Both the position numbers and the translations under genes were made by a program. Below, one piece after another: positions 24,956-39,480 of a stretch of DNA of 64,000 bases. Under the pieces are notes generated by a model, which worked only from the letters and a program-made list of their open reading frames with translations, was not told where the DNA came from and did no database searches. The DNA is from Paraspadella gotoi (lineage: Eukaryota > Animalia > Chaetognatha): positions 5,188,564 through 5,252,563 of the forward strand of contig CM119266.1 in the NCBI GenBank assembly GCA_051294375.1, given 5' to 3'. Position 1 is the first letter of the stretch; the number at the start of each line of letters is the position of its first letter.

Positions 24956-26348
24956 ACTTACCTTTGAAACTCTAGTCCTCTGAACCTTTTTTTTTTGTCC
25001 CCTTTTGAACCCATTAGGATCAGCTCCACTCGCCATTTTCAATCTTAACATTGTTTGTTTTAAAGGATTATCATTTTTGCCTTTGTTTATATTTCATCTT
25101 GTTTATATTTCAGTTCTCTCTCTCTCTCTCTCTCTTTTTTTTGTTCCCCAAATTGTTAAATAAAAATAGAGAAAAAATTAAAAAAAAAAAATTAAGGAAC
25201 GGAAATGATCCTTCCTGTTTGATACTAAAATCCGCAGCTTTTTTCATTGTACATTAAATTCGGCAAAAAGTATTTCTTTATCATTATCCATTCTGCCAAT
25301 CAAATGATTGTACTTAATAAAAAAAAAACAACTGATTATCAGTTCTATACGGTTAAAACATTTTTTGCAATACATGTAATTCCTTCTTATCACGATGTGA
25401 TAAAATTTTGATACATACAAAAATATGAGTTTTGGTATATTACCCGTATGAAAAAAAAAGTGAATTATTGTTTACAGTTTTGCTTTTTTTCCTGGGCTCG
25501 TGGTATTTAAAAGAAAATGTGTTTGTCGCGTAGTGTTTATTAATACTAACAGCTATTGTGATATCGATCTTCTTTGGTGATTTTTACTAATACCTGAAAT
25601 TATATATTCTTTAAAACGTGTGATTTATTACATTTTTGGACTTTCAATAAAATCAAATGACAATCAATTATTGCTTCTTATATGTTTTATGAATTGTTAA
25701 AATATTTTTGTTTTACAAATTCTTTATCTGTTCTCTCTGTCCTAATTCAATCCGTCCTCAAATAAGTTTGGTTAACAAAACCCGCGCTTCATTCCTAGCG
25801 ATTGTTCACAGTACGTAATACTAAATAAGATAAATAAAAAATATTTTCAATTTATTTGCCTTTTTCACATTTTTTTTAAACTTGAGAAGTATTTTGTTAT
25901 TTCAGATAGTTTTATAATTAGAAACATATCAGTTATTAAATAATTTTCACTCATCAGCCTATAGTACAAAACTGATCTCTAACTAGTTCCTAAAGAAATG
26001 AAAGTTATTTTATAAATTAACAGTCTTTTTTAAGTAAAATCATTTTTACACATTGGAGCATAAAAAAATTTTGAAACTCATTTCGGCCCGACACAAACGT
26101 CGTAGAGAAATCAACAAAAGCTATTGTTGTAAAATGCTTTCAAAAAAAAAAAAAAAAAATTACTGAAACAGAAAATAATAAAAAATACCACGCATAAATT
26201 AAAAATATATTTATCTATATTAAGCAATTAAGCAATATTCACACATCAAACACTTTTTACATAAAAACGGACTCTCAAAATAGGTAACAACAATAAGTTG
26301 TGATCTGAACAAAATGGGCAACTAATGCAGGAAGTAGAATAAGAGTGA

Positions 26349-27548
26349 AGAGTTTTCTCTGACTTTTCCAAAAATGAAAATCACAAAGTTTCTCCAACAT
26401 CTGCGTCATTAAATGACTCATTTCCAACAGCAGAAGAATCGGATCTTGTTTTAGATTCCACAATTCCTGCTCCAATTATTGATAGTGAAACTTTTTTCGA
26501 TCTCACAGTCACACATTGCGTATCCGCTCCTTCAATACCAGCTGGATCAATTGTTGCTGATACAACTGCAACGCCTGACTTTCTACCATCAGCAATTCCA
26601 ATTGAATCCCATGTTTCTTCAGCATCCATAAAAACCGATTCTACAGGGTCAACCGTGGAATCTGATACTGACCTTACACCAACAGGCACAACAGTTGCCA
26701 CTGTTTGTCCCTATACATCAACCATATCTGCTTCAACACTGCCTGCAATCCCTTCAACAACTTTGTACACATCCTCTTTTTTTTTCACTGAACCTAAACA
26801 AAGACAGATGAGAATTCAGACTGCGGGGAACTATTGCCACAAAATGGCTCAGGATCTGTTTCGTTGGAAATTAGAAGAGTTGATCAAACTCGACTGTCAT
26901 CAAGGACTTGAGCGAAGAAAAATTTGAAGAATTAGTTTCGAAATATCTTTTTACTAAAAATTCTTCCTGGACGGAAGTTGTCATCGCTTCTGTCGCAAAG
27001 CCGTCGCCTCGGATTCGCACAAGTCTCACAACCGTCAGTCAGCGACAGATAATTCTCATAGGAGGACGAGCAAGTATTATATTTATGTTAACTATTTGGA
27101 TTAGTAGAAAGGTTTCTGTGTATTTATTCGGTCATCTACTAATGCTTCAACTTACTGCTACTTAAAAAATATACATTGCTTTCTATATATTTATCTTCAG
27201 ATTGTGAGTTTTAATTGCTCTGAAGCTGGTTTATTAACGGTTTACTCATTCTTTCATAACATATCATTCTATCTCTTTATATTATTTTAAAAGTTAAAAA
27301 GAAATTGTCAGAGTAAATCTTTTGACTAATCCTAAAATCATTCAACAGAACCGGAAATGGGTGACGTTTGGATTTTCGATCTCAAGACTCAAGAGTTCCG
27401 CCAACTTAACCCTCTACCGGCAGGAGATACCGGAATCAACGAACACAGATCCGTCTTCATAGGCGGAAACCTCTTCGTCGTCGGCGGCGGAGTACGAGGG
27501 GGGCGCGTCCTCTTGGATAACATCTTCAAAATCCGGGTGTCGGGATGA
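26349..27548 (+). pseudogene. S/T/P-rich region followed by about two Kelch repeats; frameshifted (pseudogene or assembly errors)
   Basis: Open frame 26349-26927 is S/T-rich. A frame change near 26885-26905 leads to ...SSWTEVVIASVAKPSPRIRTSLTTVSQRQIILIGGRA; phase-1 intron 27074-27348 then joins KPEMGDVWIFDLKTQEFRQL...INEHRSVFIGGNLFVVGGG...IFKIRVSG*. PSPR, hydrophobic-GG and DVWxFD are Kelch hallmarks. No in-frame ATG upstream. Confidence 0.6.
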
Positions 27549-28487
27549 ACTTTTTTTTTCTCCAGTTTCATATGTAAAGGTATGATTTAAAACTTTGAAT
27601 TATTAGCACTGTTTTCCGAATATGCCCCGTTTCTGTTATTAATCCTTGAACTTAATTTTATTAATAATATTTAATCTTAAACTTTTACTTAATGTGCAAC
27701 GGACTCCTAATTTTGATCACTTTCCCTAAACCATAAACTTATCACCTAATCCTAAATTAATTTAATTCTAAATTTAAGCTGAAATAGGGCGCTTATGGAA
27801 AATATGAACGTAATAATTGTTAAAGTACTTTTTCAAGCACGATTTTAATAAAATTTTAAATATTTTTTTTATTACTGCTATTATTTATGTTGAAAATATT
27901 TTTCATGACCGAAAAAATTTTTCAATATATGCGTATTCACAGTTTAGTAATATTTGAAGATTAGTTTGGGAAGGCTGCTGAGTTGTAGTTGCGACTCTTT
28001 AATTCAAATTAAAATATTAATACAGTACCGGAAACCTAGAATGTCGTAAGTCTGTACATGGAATAAATTTTCCATTTATAGGATTAATGGCTTTAGGATT
28101 TTATAGGAAGTTGCCTGCATGGCTGGCTATTGCCCATTTAAACAATTTTTCAAAAAAATAATCTTAAACCACTTAAAAATTGGGTCAAAATTTTTTTTAA
28201 AAACTTGCATAGCTCTAATATATTCTAAATTTTTTTCTTAAAATTTTGCCAACTTGTACTCAAGAGGGTTTGTAAACTTCTGTAGAAATATTGTTACTAT
28301 CAAAAAATTTTTTCCCATATTTATCAGTACTAATATTTTAGATGGGTCATTTTTTCAATGATGCATAACTTCCTTATTTGTGAATATTATGGTTTTCAAT
28401 TTTAGTAATAGGTGGGCCTGGGGTAGTCCTACAATACATATAAATTTCAGGTCAATTTTTTTTTACAAAATTCAATTGTCAATCCTG

Positions 28488-29998
28488 NNNNNNNNNNNNN
28501 NNNNNNNNNNNNNNNNNNNNNNNNNNNNNNNNNNNNNNNNNNNNNNNNNNNNNNNNNNNNNNNNNNNNNNNNNNNNNNNNNNNNNNNNNNNNNNNNNNNN
28601 NNNNNNNNNNNNNNNNNNNNNNNNNNNNNNNNNNNNNNNNNNNNNNNNNNNNNNNNNNNNNNNNNNNNNNNNNNNNNNNNNNNNNNNNNNNNNNNNNNNN
28701 NNNNNNNNNNNNNNNNNNNNNNNNNNNNNNNNNNNNNNNNNNNNNNNNNNNNNNNNNNNNNNNNNNNNNNNNNNNNNNNNNNNNNNNNNNNNNNNNNNNN
28801 NNNNNNNNNNNNNNNNNNNNNNNNNNNNNNNNNNNNNNNNNNNNNNNNNNNNNNNNNNNNNNNNNNNNNNNNNNNNNNNNNNNNNNNNNNNNNNNNNNNN
28901 NNNNNNNNNNNNNNNNNNNNNNNNNNNNNNNNNNNNNNNNNNNNNNNNNNNNNNNNNNNNNNNNNNNNNNNNNNNNNNNNNNNNNNNNNNNNNNNNNNNN
29001 NNNNNNNNNNNNNNNNNNNNNNNNNNNNNNNNNNNNNNNNNNNNNNNNNNNNNNNNNNNNNNNNNNNNNNNNNNNNNNNNNNNNNNNNNNNNNNNNNNNN
29101 NNNNNNNNNNNNNNNNNNNNNNNNNNNNNNNNNNNNNNNNNNNNNNNNNNNNNNNNNNNNNNNNNNNNNNNNNNNNNNNNNNNNNNNNNNNNNNNNNNNN
29201 NNNNNNNNNNNNNNNNNNNNNNNNNNNNNNNNNNNNNNNNNNNNNNNNNNNNNNNNNNNNNNNNNNNNNNNNNNNNNNNNNNNNNNNNNNNNNNNNNNNN
29301 NNNNNNNNNNNNNNNNNNTCTCTGATTACGCAAAATAGAATTTGAGAAATAAAAAATTGATAGTACCAATAGTTGGTGTTATGTAACTTAGGCGTACCAA
29401 TGGCATCGTCCATGCCAATCGTNNNNNNNNNNNNNNNNNNNNNNNNNNNNNNNNNNNNNNNNNNNNNNNNNNNNNNNNNNNNNNNNNNNNNNNNNNNNNN
29501 NNNNNNNNNNNNNNNNNNNNNNNNNNNNNNNNNNNNNNNNNNNNNNNNNNNNNNNNNNNNNNNNNNNNNNNNNNNNNNNNNNNNNNNNNNNNNNNNNNNN
29601 NNNNNNNNNNNNNNNNNNNNNNNNNNNNNNNNNNNNNNNNNNNNNNNNNNNNNNNNGGTTAAAATTATTTAAAAAATTTAAGTAAATAAAACTTATATTT
29701 TTTACATTTAAACTCATTTTCACTCGCACGATTCCATCGAAACTTTATATCAAGCTCAATCAAACACTTCCCTACCCACACACAAAATTTCATTCCAATC
29801 CATCCATCCAATCACTAGTAATTGGAGTTTTTTGCTATGGGGGACGGCGGGACAGACAGACGGAAGGACGGACATCTTTTTTTTTGCATAATTTATCANN
29901 NNNNNNNNNNNNNNNNNNNNNNNNNNNNNNNNNNNNNNNNNNNNNNNNNNNNNNNNNNNNNNNNNNNNNNNNNNNNNNNNNNNNNNNNNNNNNNNNNN
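28488..29998. other. Assembly gaps (three N runs)
   Basis: N runs 28488-29317, 29423-29656 and 29899-29998; smaller gaps at 48020-48044 and 53935-53959. Confidence 0.99.
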
Positions 29999-32793
29999 AA
30001 GAGAGAGATGGAACCAAGGAGGTAGAGCGCGAATGAATTCGCATTTTATCATCCCAAATTGGTTTTTAATTATCTATTTAATATAAAATTTCAATGCAAA
30101 TTACGAATGCGATAGAGGACGGGGGCTTCGCCTCCTGCATCTTCCTCCCCATCTCCTCGTCCCTTCCTCACGGGGCTCGTGATTTCACGATTCACTTTTT
30201 ACACCTTCCTCCCGTACTTCTTACATTTGCTGATTAACTGACGCCTCTCTCTCATAAACGCTTTACCCTTTTATTTCCAGTTCTATTATTTCACGAGGAT
30301 ACTTATTTCCCAGGGAATGAAGTCCGTTTATCGCTACGCGTAAAGCCGTTTTTAAGGCGCAATCCCGGGCCGTATTTAAAAACTGATTAGAGAGGTTCTA
30401 ATGAGGACTCAAATCGAAAAAAAGAATGATCATGCGCGATCCGGGCCAGATAAAAACGAATTTAAACTGCTTTACGTATTTCACGTTTGCAAACGGTTCC
30501 CACGGTTCGCGAAATGTTTTTAGTGGTATATTCTTGAACCAAGGGTTAATTTTTTCATAATCATACAATCATTAATCATTAATTAAGTTATCATATGTTA
30601 CAAAAAATAAATCAGGCATTTTCGGGAGAGTAATTATGTTCTTGAGGTCTAAGGAAAGATGAAACAGTTAATGCGGTCTGTTTTGTTGGATTTATAGTTA
30701 AACTTTTAAATAATATTAAGCTTCTCCAGGGCTTATTGGACAAGGAAGAGCAAGTGGAAAAAATAGTAGCAAGTTGAAAAAAAATTAGTATGCAAGTTGA
30801 AAAAATTAGTATACAAGTTGAAAAATAAGTTCAAGTTTAAAAAAAAAGTCTATATACTTTTTTTCCAAACTTGCATACTGTTTTTTCTAAGTATGCATAC
30901 TTTTTTAAAAGTATGCACCTTTTTTTTCAGAAGTATGTATAACTTGTTTCAAGTATGCATACTTTTTCAAGTATGCAATTTTTTCGAACTTGCATACTTT
31001 TTTCCAACTTGCCATACTTTTTCTAATAGCATACTTTTTTAGCTGATTACTGCTAAATTAAATCGTACGGCAGATATAACAATTTGTTTAAATAAAATAA
31101 GCAGATTTCAGATATGATAAATTTTGGATATTATAAACCATCGTCATCGTATTATATTAATTTTACTCATGCATCAATTATCATAATCATTATCTTTTAA
31201 TTATATTTATTGCTATCATATTCTGTTATCAAATAATGTATTTTTGTGATTAATTTTGTAAAAGATCCTTTTTTTCCGGACTTTGCCTTATTCAGTTTTT
31301 TCTTTTAAGATGGCCCCGGTTTCGCGCATAATCGCTATATCGGTTTAAAGCTAATAAACTACGCGTAGTTCAAATCCTTATTGGATCAAAACGAGGTTTT
31401 GATTTTAAGCGAAAGTTGATTGGTTTGAACGCGATTTTTGCGACCTGTTTAATTGCCATAACTTTGACCAGATTATCCGATTTTTAATAAAATTTTGCCC
31501 AATATTAGTATTTTAAATTCCTATCGATCGTACCAAATTTATTTAAAAATACTCAATAGTTAGAAAACGACTGCTTATCCCTAGTTAACATTGTTTTTAA
31601 TCTCCGTGAGATTGGGACAAGTTTCGACTCTATGATTACGAGTCTTCAACAGCAAATTAAATTATCACAAACTTTATTTCTTACATTGACTTTGGGAGAG
31701 AGAGAGAAGAGGCAGTGAACTTTCTATCAAGGAAATATCAGTAAAAAAACACTTTGCAATATTGCTAGAACTATTACCTTATAAAATTAAATTAAATTAG
31801 AACTCCCGAAAGACAAAGTGGCTAGACTAAAGGATTAAATTGAAATGCATCTGCAGCCATTTTTCTAATCAAAGAATCAATAATCATTTTGCTACTTTTA
31901 ATAAAAAAAAATTATGTCATTTTTATCCATTTGATGTTTTGTCTTGAGAATTTTGAATGACAAGAATGGTTTAGAGAAAAAGTTTTTTATTTCGTTTCCC
32001 GGGTCTTTTTAATCTTCCGCTACCTCTGAGTCAGTTCATAATTCCAATTGAAAATCTATTGTTGCCTTTGAATTAATTTTAAAATGACTAGTCAAAACTC
32101 ACATTTTTAGTTTTTATTACAATTTGTTAAACCAAAAATAGTTTGATTTTACTTACAATTCTAAGCAAATATTCCTATTCAACTGAGCTTCCAACACCTA
32201 AAAAATTTATGGCAAAATATTCAATACTTTTTTATAGTTTCATCAGATGAGAAACACACCTAATGTTCAAGTTTTTAACAAAAAACCGCCATTCTTTTAA
32301 TGTATATGGAATCTTCAGGTCATTTTTTCTCCATTTTTTTTGCGGCAAAATCTCTGCAAAAATCTGTCAATTTTTTACAAATCTGCTTAGGCAACCAATC
32401 TTCCGTTAAAATATATGCACTACTCTATTTTTTTCTTACAATACATTTGAAAGATTGAAAAAATTATTGAGCAGGAGAAAAGATAAGCGAAGCAGAGTAT
32501 CGGTAAAAAAAAGGGGCAGGAGAGGGGAGAACAATGGAATACAAATATTATATGAGGAGAAGAGGAGAACGAGAGAATGATTAAGAGAAAAAAAAAAAAA
32601 AGAAACAAGCAAGAAAGAGAATCAGAGAGGAGAGAAAAGCAGAGATAAGAGCGGAAGGGAAATAAAGGTAAAGGAAGAAAGAATGGATGACACAGATAAT
32701 TATGAGGAAGAAAAGTAAGAGAAAATGAATGAAAGACAGAGAAAAAGAGAGAGGAACAGGGAGAAAGTTCAAAAGAGAAAAGTAAAGGATAGA

Positions 32794-34115
32794 AAACAAG
32801 TTTGAGCAAACAATGTCGGATCTGCCTACGTAATTAATTAATTAATTATTAATCGATTAATTAATTAATTTAATATTAATAATTAATTTTAAATTTATAT
32901 TCCTCTATCAGTCATCGATGTCCTTAAATTAAGTTAACGAAGTTATTAAAATATGTTTTGTTACATTTTATCAGAACAAACAAATATCTTCTATTTATTT
33001 TATCGTCTCCTTCTCTCTCTCTCTCACTCTCTCTCTGCTCTCTCTCTCTCTCTCTCCACTCTCTCTCTCTCCTCTCTCATCTCTCTCTTTTTTTTTTTAT
33101 GCAATGCGACGATCTTATGCTTTTATAATTTTTTACCTTGCATCATTTTTTCACATTAATTAATTAATTAATTAATGTAATTAATAAAAACATTATAGTA
33201 ATCATAATATTAAAGATCAAGTAAATTGACTTATGTTTTTTTCCATCTAACTCTTTCCACTGGCACAATTCGTCAAAACTTTAATATAATTATTATATAA
33301 TCAATAAATATTAAAAAGCTTCAGTGCAACAACCCAATGAACTAATTCAAAAAAGTTACATGACAAACGATTAGTAGTAAAAGGGAAAAAAAAATTTAAA
33401 AGAGCATTAGAAAGTTATAAAAGGTGTTCAATTTTGGCCCACCTTACTAGATATTAGGCCGCACAGGTTGAAACTAAGAAGTTCCTCAAATAAATAATGG
33501 TTAAGCGACTATTAATACATAAATGAAAATGAAAATAATTTTTAAAATTTTGCTTATAAGCTTTTTTTCTAGATTCTGATAGAGCTTTAAAAAGTTAGAG
33601 TAAAGTTATTAATGCAATTTTTAAATTTTTTTGTTTATTAATGAAAAATTAAAAAAACTAAATTCACCAATAATTATGATGATGATGATTTTTTTAAGAG
33701 TTTTTTTCTATTTTAACCCAATTTATTGCAAAATTTGAAAAAATTATAGACTAACTTTCTTTAACTTTTTAAGCTCTACAAGAACCCGTTCTTAAAAAAT
33801 CACATTTTAAATTTTTTTTTGTCCATTTGTTATATTTTAATATATTTAAAAGCTCAGTGCAACAATCCAATGAACTAATTCAAAAGTTACATTGAAAATC
33901 GATTTAGTAGTAGAAGGAAAAAAATTTTTTTGAAAGAACTAGAAGTTTATAAAAGTGTTCAATTTTGGCACCGCCTTACTAGATATAATCCAATGTGATT
34001 AAACAATGTATCGGAATAAATAATTTTATCATTTATATGTATTTTTAAGTATTTTAAGTATTTTTATTCAGTGAGTAAAATAACAACTTTTTTTATCGCT
34101 AATTTTTATCTCGGA

Positions 34116-34159
<44 letters not shown>

Positions 34160-34214
34160 TGCGATTGCAACGATCCTTATGCTCATTTTTCTGCTCTCTC
34201 TCTCTCTCTCTCTC

Positions 34215-34275
<61 letters not shown>

Positions 34276-35818
34276 TTGCAATTGCAACGATCCTTATGCT
34301 TTTAGGATTTTTTTAACTTGCATCATTTTTCTGCTTGCATCATTTTTTCAACTTGCATAATTTTTTTAAACTGCATCATTTTTTCACATAATTTATTAAA
34401 ACATTTATTAGTAATCATAAATAATAAAGATTCAAGTAATGTGACTTATGTTTTTTCCATTTAAACTCATTTCCACTGGCACAATTCCGCCAAACTTATA
34501 TCTAGCTTCTTCACACACTTTCCTACCCGCTCACAAAATTTTATCTCAAGTATTATGGGTAAAATAAGTAAAAAGATTCAAGTAAATGTGACTCATATTT
34601 TTTTCCATTTAACTCATTTCCACTCGTACGTTTCACGAAACTTTATCTCAAGCAATCGTTACACATTTTCTACCCACACAAAAAATTTTACTCATCAATC
34701 CATCCAATTATGATTAATTAGAGTACTTATTGGTTAAAATAAGTAAAATATTTAGTAAAATGCGACTTATGTTTTTTCCACTTAAACTCATTTCCACTCA
34801 CCGATTCCGTCGAAACTTATATCCAGCTTTATCACAAACTTTCCTATCCCACACAAAAATTTCATTCTAATCAACCAGCCAATCACGATTATTGGAGCAT
34901 TTTGCTAAGGTGGGACGGATGGACGGATTGATTGACTGATTAATTAATTATTGATTAATTAATTAAACTAAATTGAGTAAGATTAACTGCATTATATATA
35001 TGTTGATTATTAATATATCCTGCATTATACATCAAGATTAGTAAAGGAAAAAAATCATAATCAATTAGTACTGTAACAGGTTTTTGCGTTTTTTTTTTCA
35101 TTTTAAACTCATTTCCACCTTTAAAAAGATTCCATCTGAAACTTGGTTTCCTGTTCAATCACACACTTTCTACTTACACACAAAATTCAATTCGATTTAT
35201 CTTATCCAATTTTTAATAAACATAATAATTATGAGTAAATTTAAGTAAAAATCTTCAAGTAAATATGACTTTTGTTTTCCATCTTAACTCATTCCACTCG
35301 CACGATTCCATCGAAACTTTATATCCAGCTCAATCACCACTTTCCTACCATCATACAAAATTTCCAAGTCAATTGCCCTATGCCACTGCATGAGCCAATT
35401 GGCCGTTCAAATAGTGAAATTATTTTTTTGTTTTTTCCATTTAAACCCATTTCCACTCGCACGATTCCCTCGAAACTTCATATCCATCTCAATCACACAG
35501 TTTCCTACCCACACACAAAATTTCATACAATCCATCCATCCAGTCACGAGTAATTGAGTTTTTGCTAAGGTGGGACGGACGGACGACGGACGGAGGACGG
35601 ACGGAGGACGGACGACGGACGGACGGACGACGGGACGGACGGACGACGGACGACGGACGGACAGACGGACGGACATCATTTTTTTTGCATAATTTATCAT
35701 AATTCGATGTTCTGACATGATATAAGTGTGTGCCTGAACAATATTGAGGGGGCGGACCGACGGACCGACAAAGTGAGTTATAGAGTCGGGATCTGCTGAT
35801 AAGCAGATCCGACTAAAA
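32794..35818 (-). mobile_element. Helentron-associated non-autonomous element (HINE/DINE-1-like), full-length composite copy
   Basis: One end is AGTCGGGATCTGCTGATAAGCAGATCCGACTAAAA (palindrome plus T-tract); the other is AAACAAGTTTGAGCAAACAATGTCGGATCTGCCTAC, sharing the subterminal inverted motif GTCGGATCTGC. Interior has a (GGAC/GACG)n microsatellite and ~120-130-bp tandem units (AAACTCATTTCCACTCGCACGATTCCATCGAAAC...CCTACCCACACACAAAATTTC). This is the DINE-1/HINE layout. Confidence 0.7.
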
Positions 35819-35928
35819 GGAAAAAAGGTTTATACTATAGCATGCTTTTTTTGCCTAAGCAGTACTATATCTAAAATACGTGACAGATCTTACAAATAAT
35901 TTAATCTCTAAAAGTTGGTCTTACCATG

Positions 35929-36958
35929 AACAAGTTGAGCAAACAATGTCGGATCTGCCTACAATAATTAAGCGGTAATCTGCTAATCAGATGATAAATT
36001 CACAATATATTTTTTATATTTTTTTTAACTCGCATCATTTTTTTAACTCGCATCATTTTTCAACTTGCATAATTTTTTCCACACATAATTTTTCAACTCA
36101 TCATTTTTAAAATTACATCATTTTTACAAATTTGCATCATTTTTTTAACTCACATCATTTTTTCCATGCACATAATTTTTTCAACTCATCATTTTTACAA
36201 TTTGCATCATTTTTTTAACTTGCATCATTTTTCAACTTGCATAATTTCTTTCAACTTGCATAAATTTTTCCATTTGCATATTTTTTACTTGCATAATTTT
36301 TTAACTGCATAATTTTTTTCAACTTGCATAATTTTCAACTTGCATAATTTTTTTCAACTTGCATAATTTTTTCAACTTGCATAATTTTTTCAACTTGCAT
36401 AATTTTTTCAACTTGCATAATTTTTTTAACTTGCATAATTTTTCAACTTGCATAATTTTTTAAACTGCATATTTTTTTAATTGTATCATTTTTTCAAATT
36501 ATTAATTAATTAATTAATATTGATGCGATGATAACCAAATATTGATCGATGATAACCAAATAGTGATGGCATGATAACCAAAGGATTGATGCGATGATAA
36601 CCAAATGATGGATGCGATGATAATCATTCATTGATGCGATGATATCTTGTGTATTCATTGATCGGATGATAATCATTCATTGATGCGATGATAGTCATTC
36701 ATTGATGCGATGATAGTCATTCATTGACGCGATGAGTTAATTAGAGAGAGAGAAAAAGAGAGAGAGAGAGAGAGAGAGAGAAGATATAGAGAGAATAATA
36801 AATATTAATAAAAGTTTTTAGAAGGAAAAAAATAAAAATCCACAAAAATCTCGGAAATAAATTTGGATTTTGTATTAAGAAAAAGTGGCCGTGATAAAAA
36901 TAAATTGTTTTATTAGAGTGTGATTAAGCATCAATTAACTTTCTATTTTTTTTCAATT

Positions 36959-37021
<63 letters not shown>

Positions 37022-37035
37022 AGCGAGACAGATAG

Positions 37036-37098
<63 letters not shown>

Positions 37099-37172
37099 AG
37101 AGAGGCCGGAACTCGTTTACTCGTCGCCTTGTGACGGTGGTGAAAAAAAAAGTGAATAATTTTTTTTTTTTG

Positions 37173-37224
<52 letters not shown>

Positions 37225-38904
37225 AAACGGAGGAACGGAGGGAGAGAGAGCCTGAACTCGTTTTTAAACGATTCAGAAAAGGCAGCGCCTGATCAAATAT
37301 ATATTTTTTTAGAAAGAAAAAAATAATCAGAATTTTTCAAAAACGAACGATCACGCAAGAGATCGTAAAGAAAGAGACAGACGCACACAGAGAGAGACAG
37401 ACAGAGACTGAGAGAGACTGAACTCGTTTTTAAACGATTCAGAAAAGGCAGCGCCTGAAAAAAATATATATATAATTAAAAAATAAATAAAAGAAAGACA
37501 AAATAGGTTACAATGGTTTACAACTGAATTTTTCCAATCATAGGTTGTTAACGTTTTTTTATTTTTATTTGTATTAAATTCAAGTAAATGTGACCATATT
37601 TTTTTTATTTAAACTCATTTCCACTTACACTTTCCTACCCACACACAAAATTTTACGTCAAATATCCACCAATTATGATTAATTGAGTATTTAGTAAATA
37701 GAACTCATACGCACGATCCATCGAATTGTAATCCTGTTGAGTCATTAACTCCATTCTACTGATTGACATCGTTGTGCCTGGATCGGTTGTTATCCTGATT
37801 TAACATTCTTGTTAGAATTCACCTTAATAAATAACACATGATATCACTTCAACAGCAATTAAATTTTTGACACAACATCTATATATAATTATACATATGA
37901 AACTAAACAATTTAATCTACAGTTTAGGTTGTTAACTTTCATTTGGCTTTGTAAAATGGTTCCAAATAAGTTGAATCATAGATGGAAATAACAACTTAAG
38001 TCAGCTGATTCTTTGTATATTGGAATGATCTTTTGTTTCATAAACAAAAGGCAAAACAAATAACGTGTGAAATTTATATAGTAACTATGGAAATAATATA
38101 CTAACTACAGAAGTGGCGAATTAGTGAGTCGCAAACGTGGCTGTCTCATCACGGTTCGAATCTACACACTCGCACGATTCCATCGAAACTTATATCCAGC
38201 TTCATCTCCCACTGTCCTACCCACACACAAATTTCATTCCAATCCAACAGCCAATCACGAGTTATTGGAGCTTTTGCTAAGTGGACGAAGACGGATTGAT
38301 TGACTAATTAATTAATTATTGATTAATTAATTGACTAATGATTAATTAACTGATTAATTATTTGATTTATTAATACATCCTTCATTTACATTTAATATAA
38401 AAGGAAAAAGAAGCATAATCAATTAGTGAAACAGGTTTTTTGTTTTTTTCCATTTAAACTCATTTCCACTCTAACGATTCCATCGAAACTTGATTTCCAG
38501 TCAATCACACACATTTCTACCAAAATACAAAATTTCAAGTCAATCGCCCCATCCACTCTTGAGTAATTGGTGTTCAAATAGTGTCATTAATTTTTATTTT
38601 TTTCCATTTAAATTCATTTCCACTTGCACGATTCCATCGAAACTTCATATACAGCTCATTCACACACTTCCCTACCCACACACAAAATTTCATTCCAATC
38701 CATCCATCCAATCACGAGTAATTGGTGTTTTTTGCTTAGGTGGGACGGACGGACGGACGGACGGACGGACATCGTTTTTTTGGCATAATTTATCATAATT
38801 CGATGTTCTGACATGATATAAGTGACTGCCCGACAATATTGAGGGGGCGGACCGACGGACCGACAAAGAGTCGGATCTGCTGATAAGCAGCTTCCGACTA
38901 AAAA
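35929..38904 (-). mobile_element. Second HINE-like composite copy
   Basis: Same two termini as 32794-35818. Carries an 18-bp AACTTGCATAATTTTTTC array (36020-36495), a 22-bp ATTGATGCGATGATA array (36520-36735), (AG)n and the ~125-bp units. Confidence 0.65.
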
Positions 38905-39011
38905 TTGAAATGATGAATGGTTGTACTAAACTCGTTTCTCAAATCATTATTTTATTCGTTTTGAGCTTTTTTTATATTTTTTAATAAGTTTTCTTATTAT
39001 TTATTTAGAAT

Positions 39012-39099
39012 ATGAAAAGGATGGGATTCAACTTTTCATACCTTTGCTTGACTCTTTTGGCTTTCATCGGCTACCAACTCGTCAGCGCCGATGCAAAAG
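39012..39099 (+). CDS. Isolated signal-peptide exon of an unidentified secreted or membrane protein
   Basis: tttag|aat-ATG...MKRMGFNFSYLCLTLLAFIGYQLVSADAK-G|gtaagt: basic n-region, hydrophobic core, VSA-D cleavage site, canonical phase-1 donor; unique sequence among repeats. Confidence 0.55.
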
Positions 39100-39480
39100 G
39101 TAAGTCACATTTACTTGAATATTTTTACTAATTTTAACCCATAATTATACTAATTAACAATAATTGGAAGATAGATTGAAATGAAATTTTCGGTAGAATC
39201 GTCTGGGTGTAAATGAGTTTAAATGGAAAAAATATAAGTCACATTTACTTGAATCTTTTTTACTAATTTTAACCCATAATTACTCAAATTATTCATTATT
39301 GGATGGATAGAATGAGATAAAATTTTGTGTGTGGGTAGAAAAGTGTGACTGAGCATAATATAAAGTTTTAATGGAATCAAGGAGTGGAAATGAGTTCGCT
39401 TAAAAAAAACCAAAGTCAAGTTGACTTGAAATTTTATTATTTATGCTTTCTCATGAATGTTTTAATTAAATTTAAAAAAA

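Noticed and set aside
28380-30052. Long ORFs of X residues
   Set aside because: Artefacts of N gaps.
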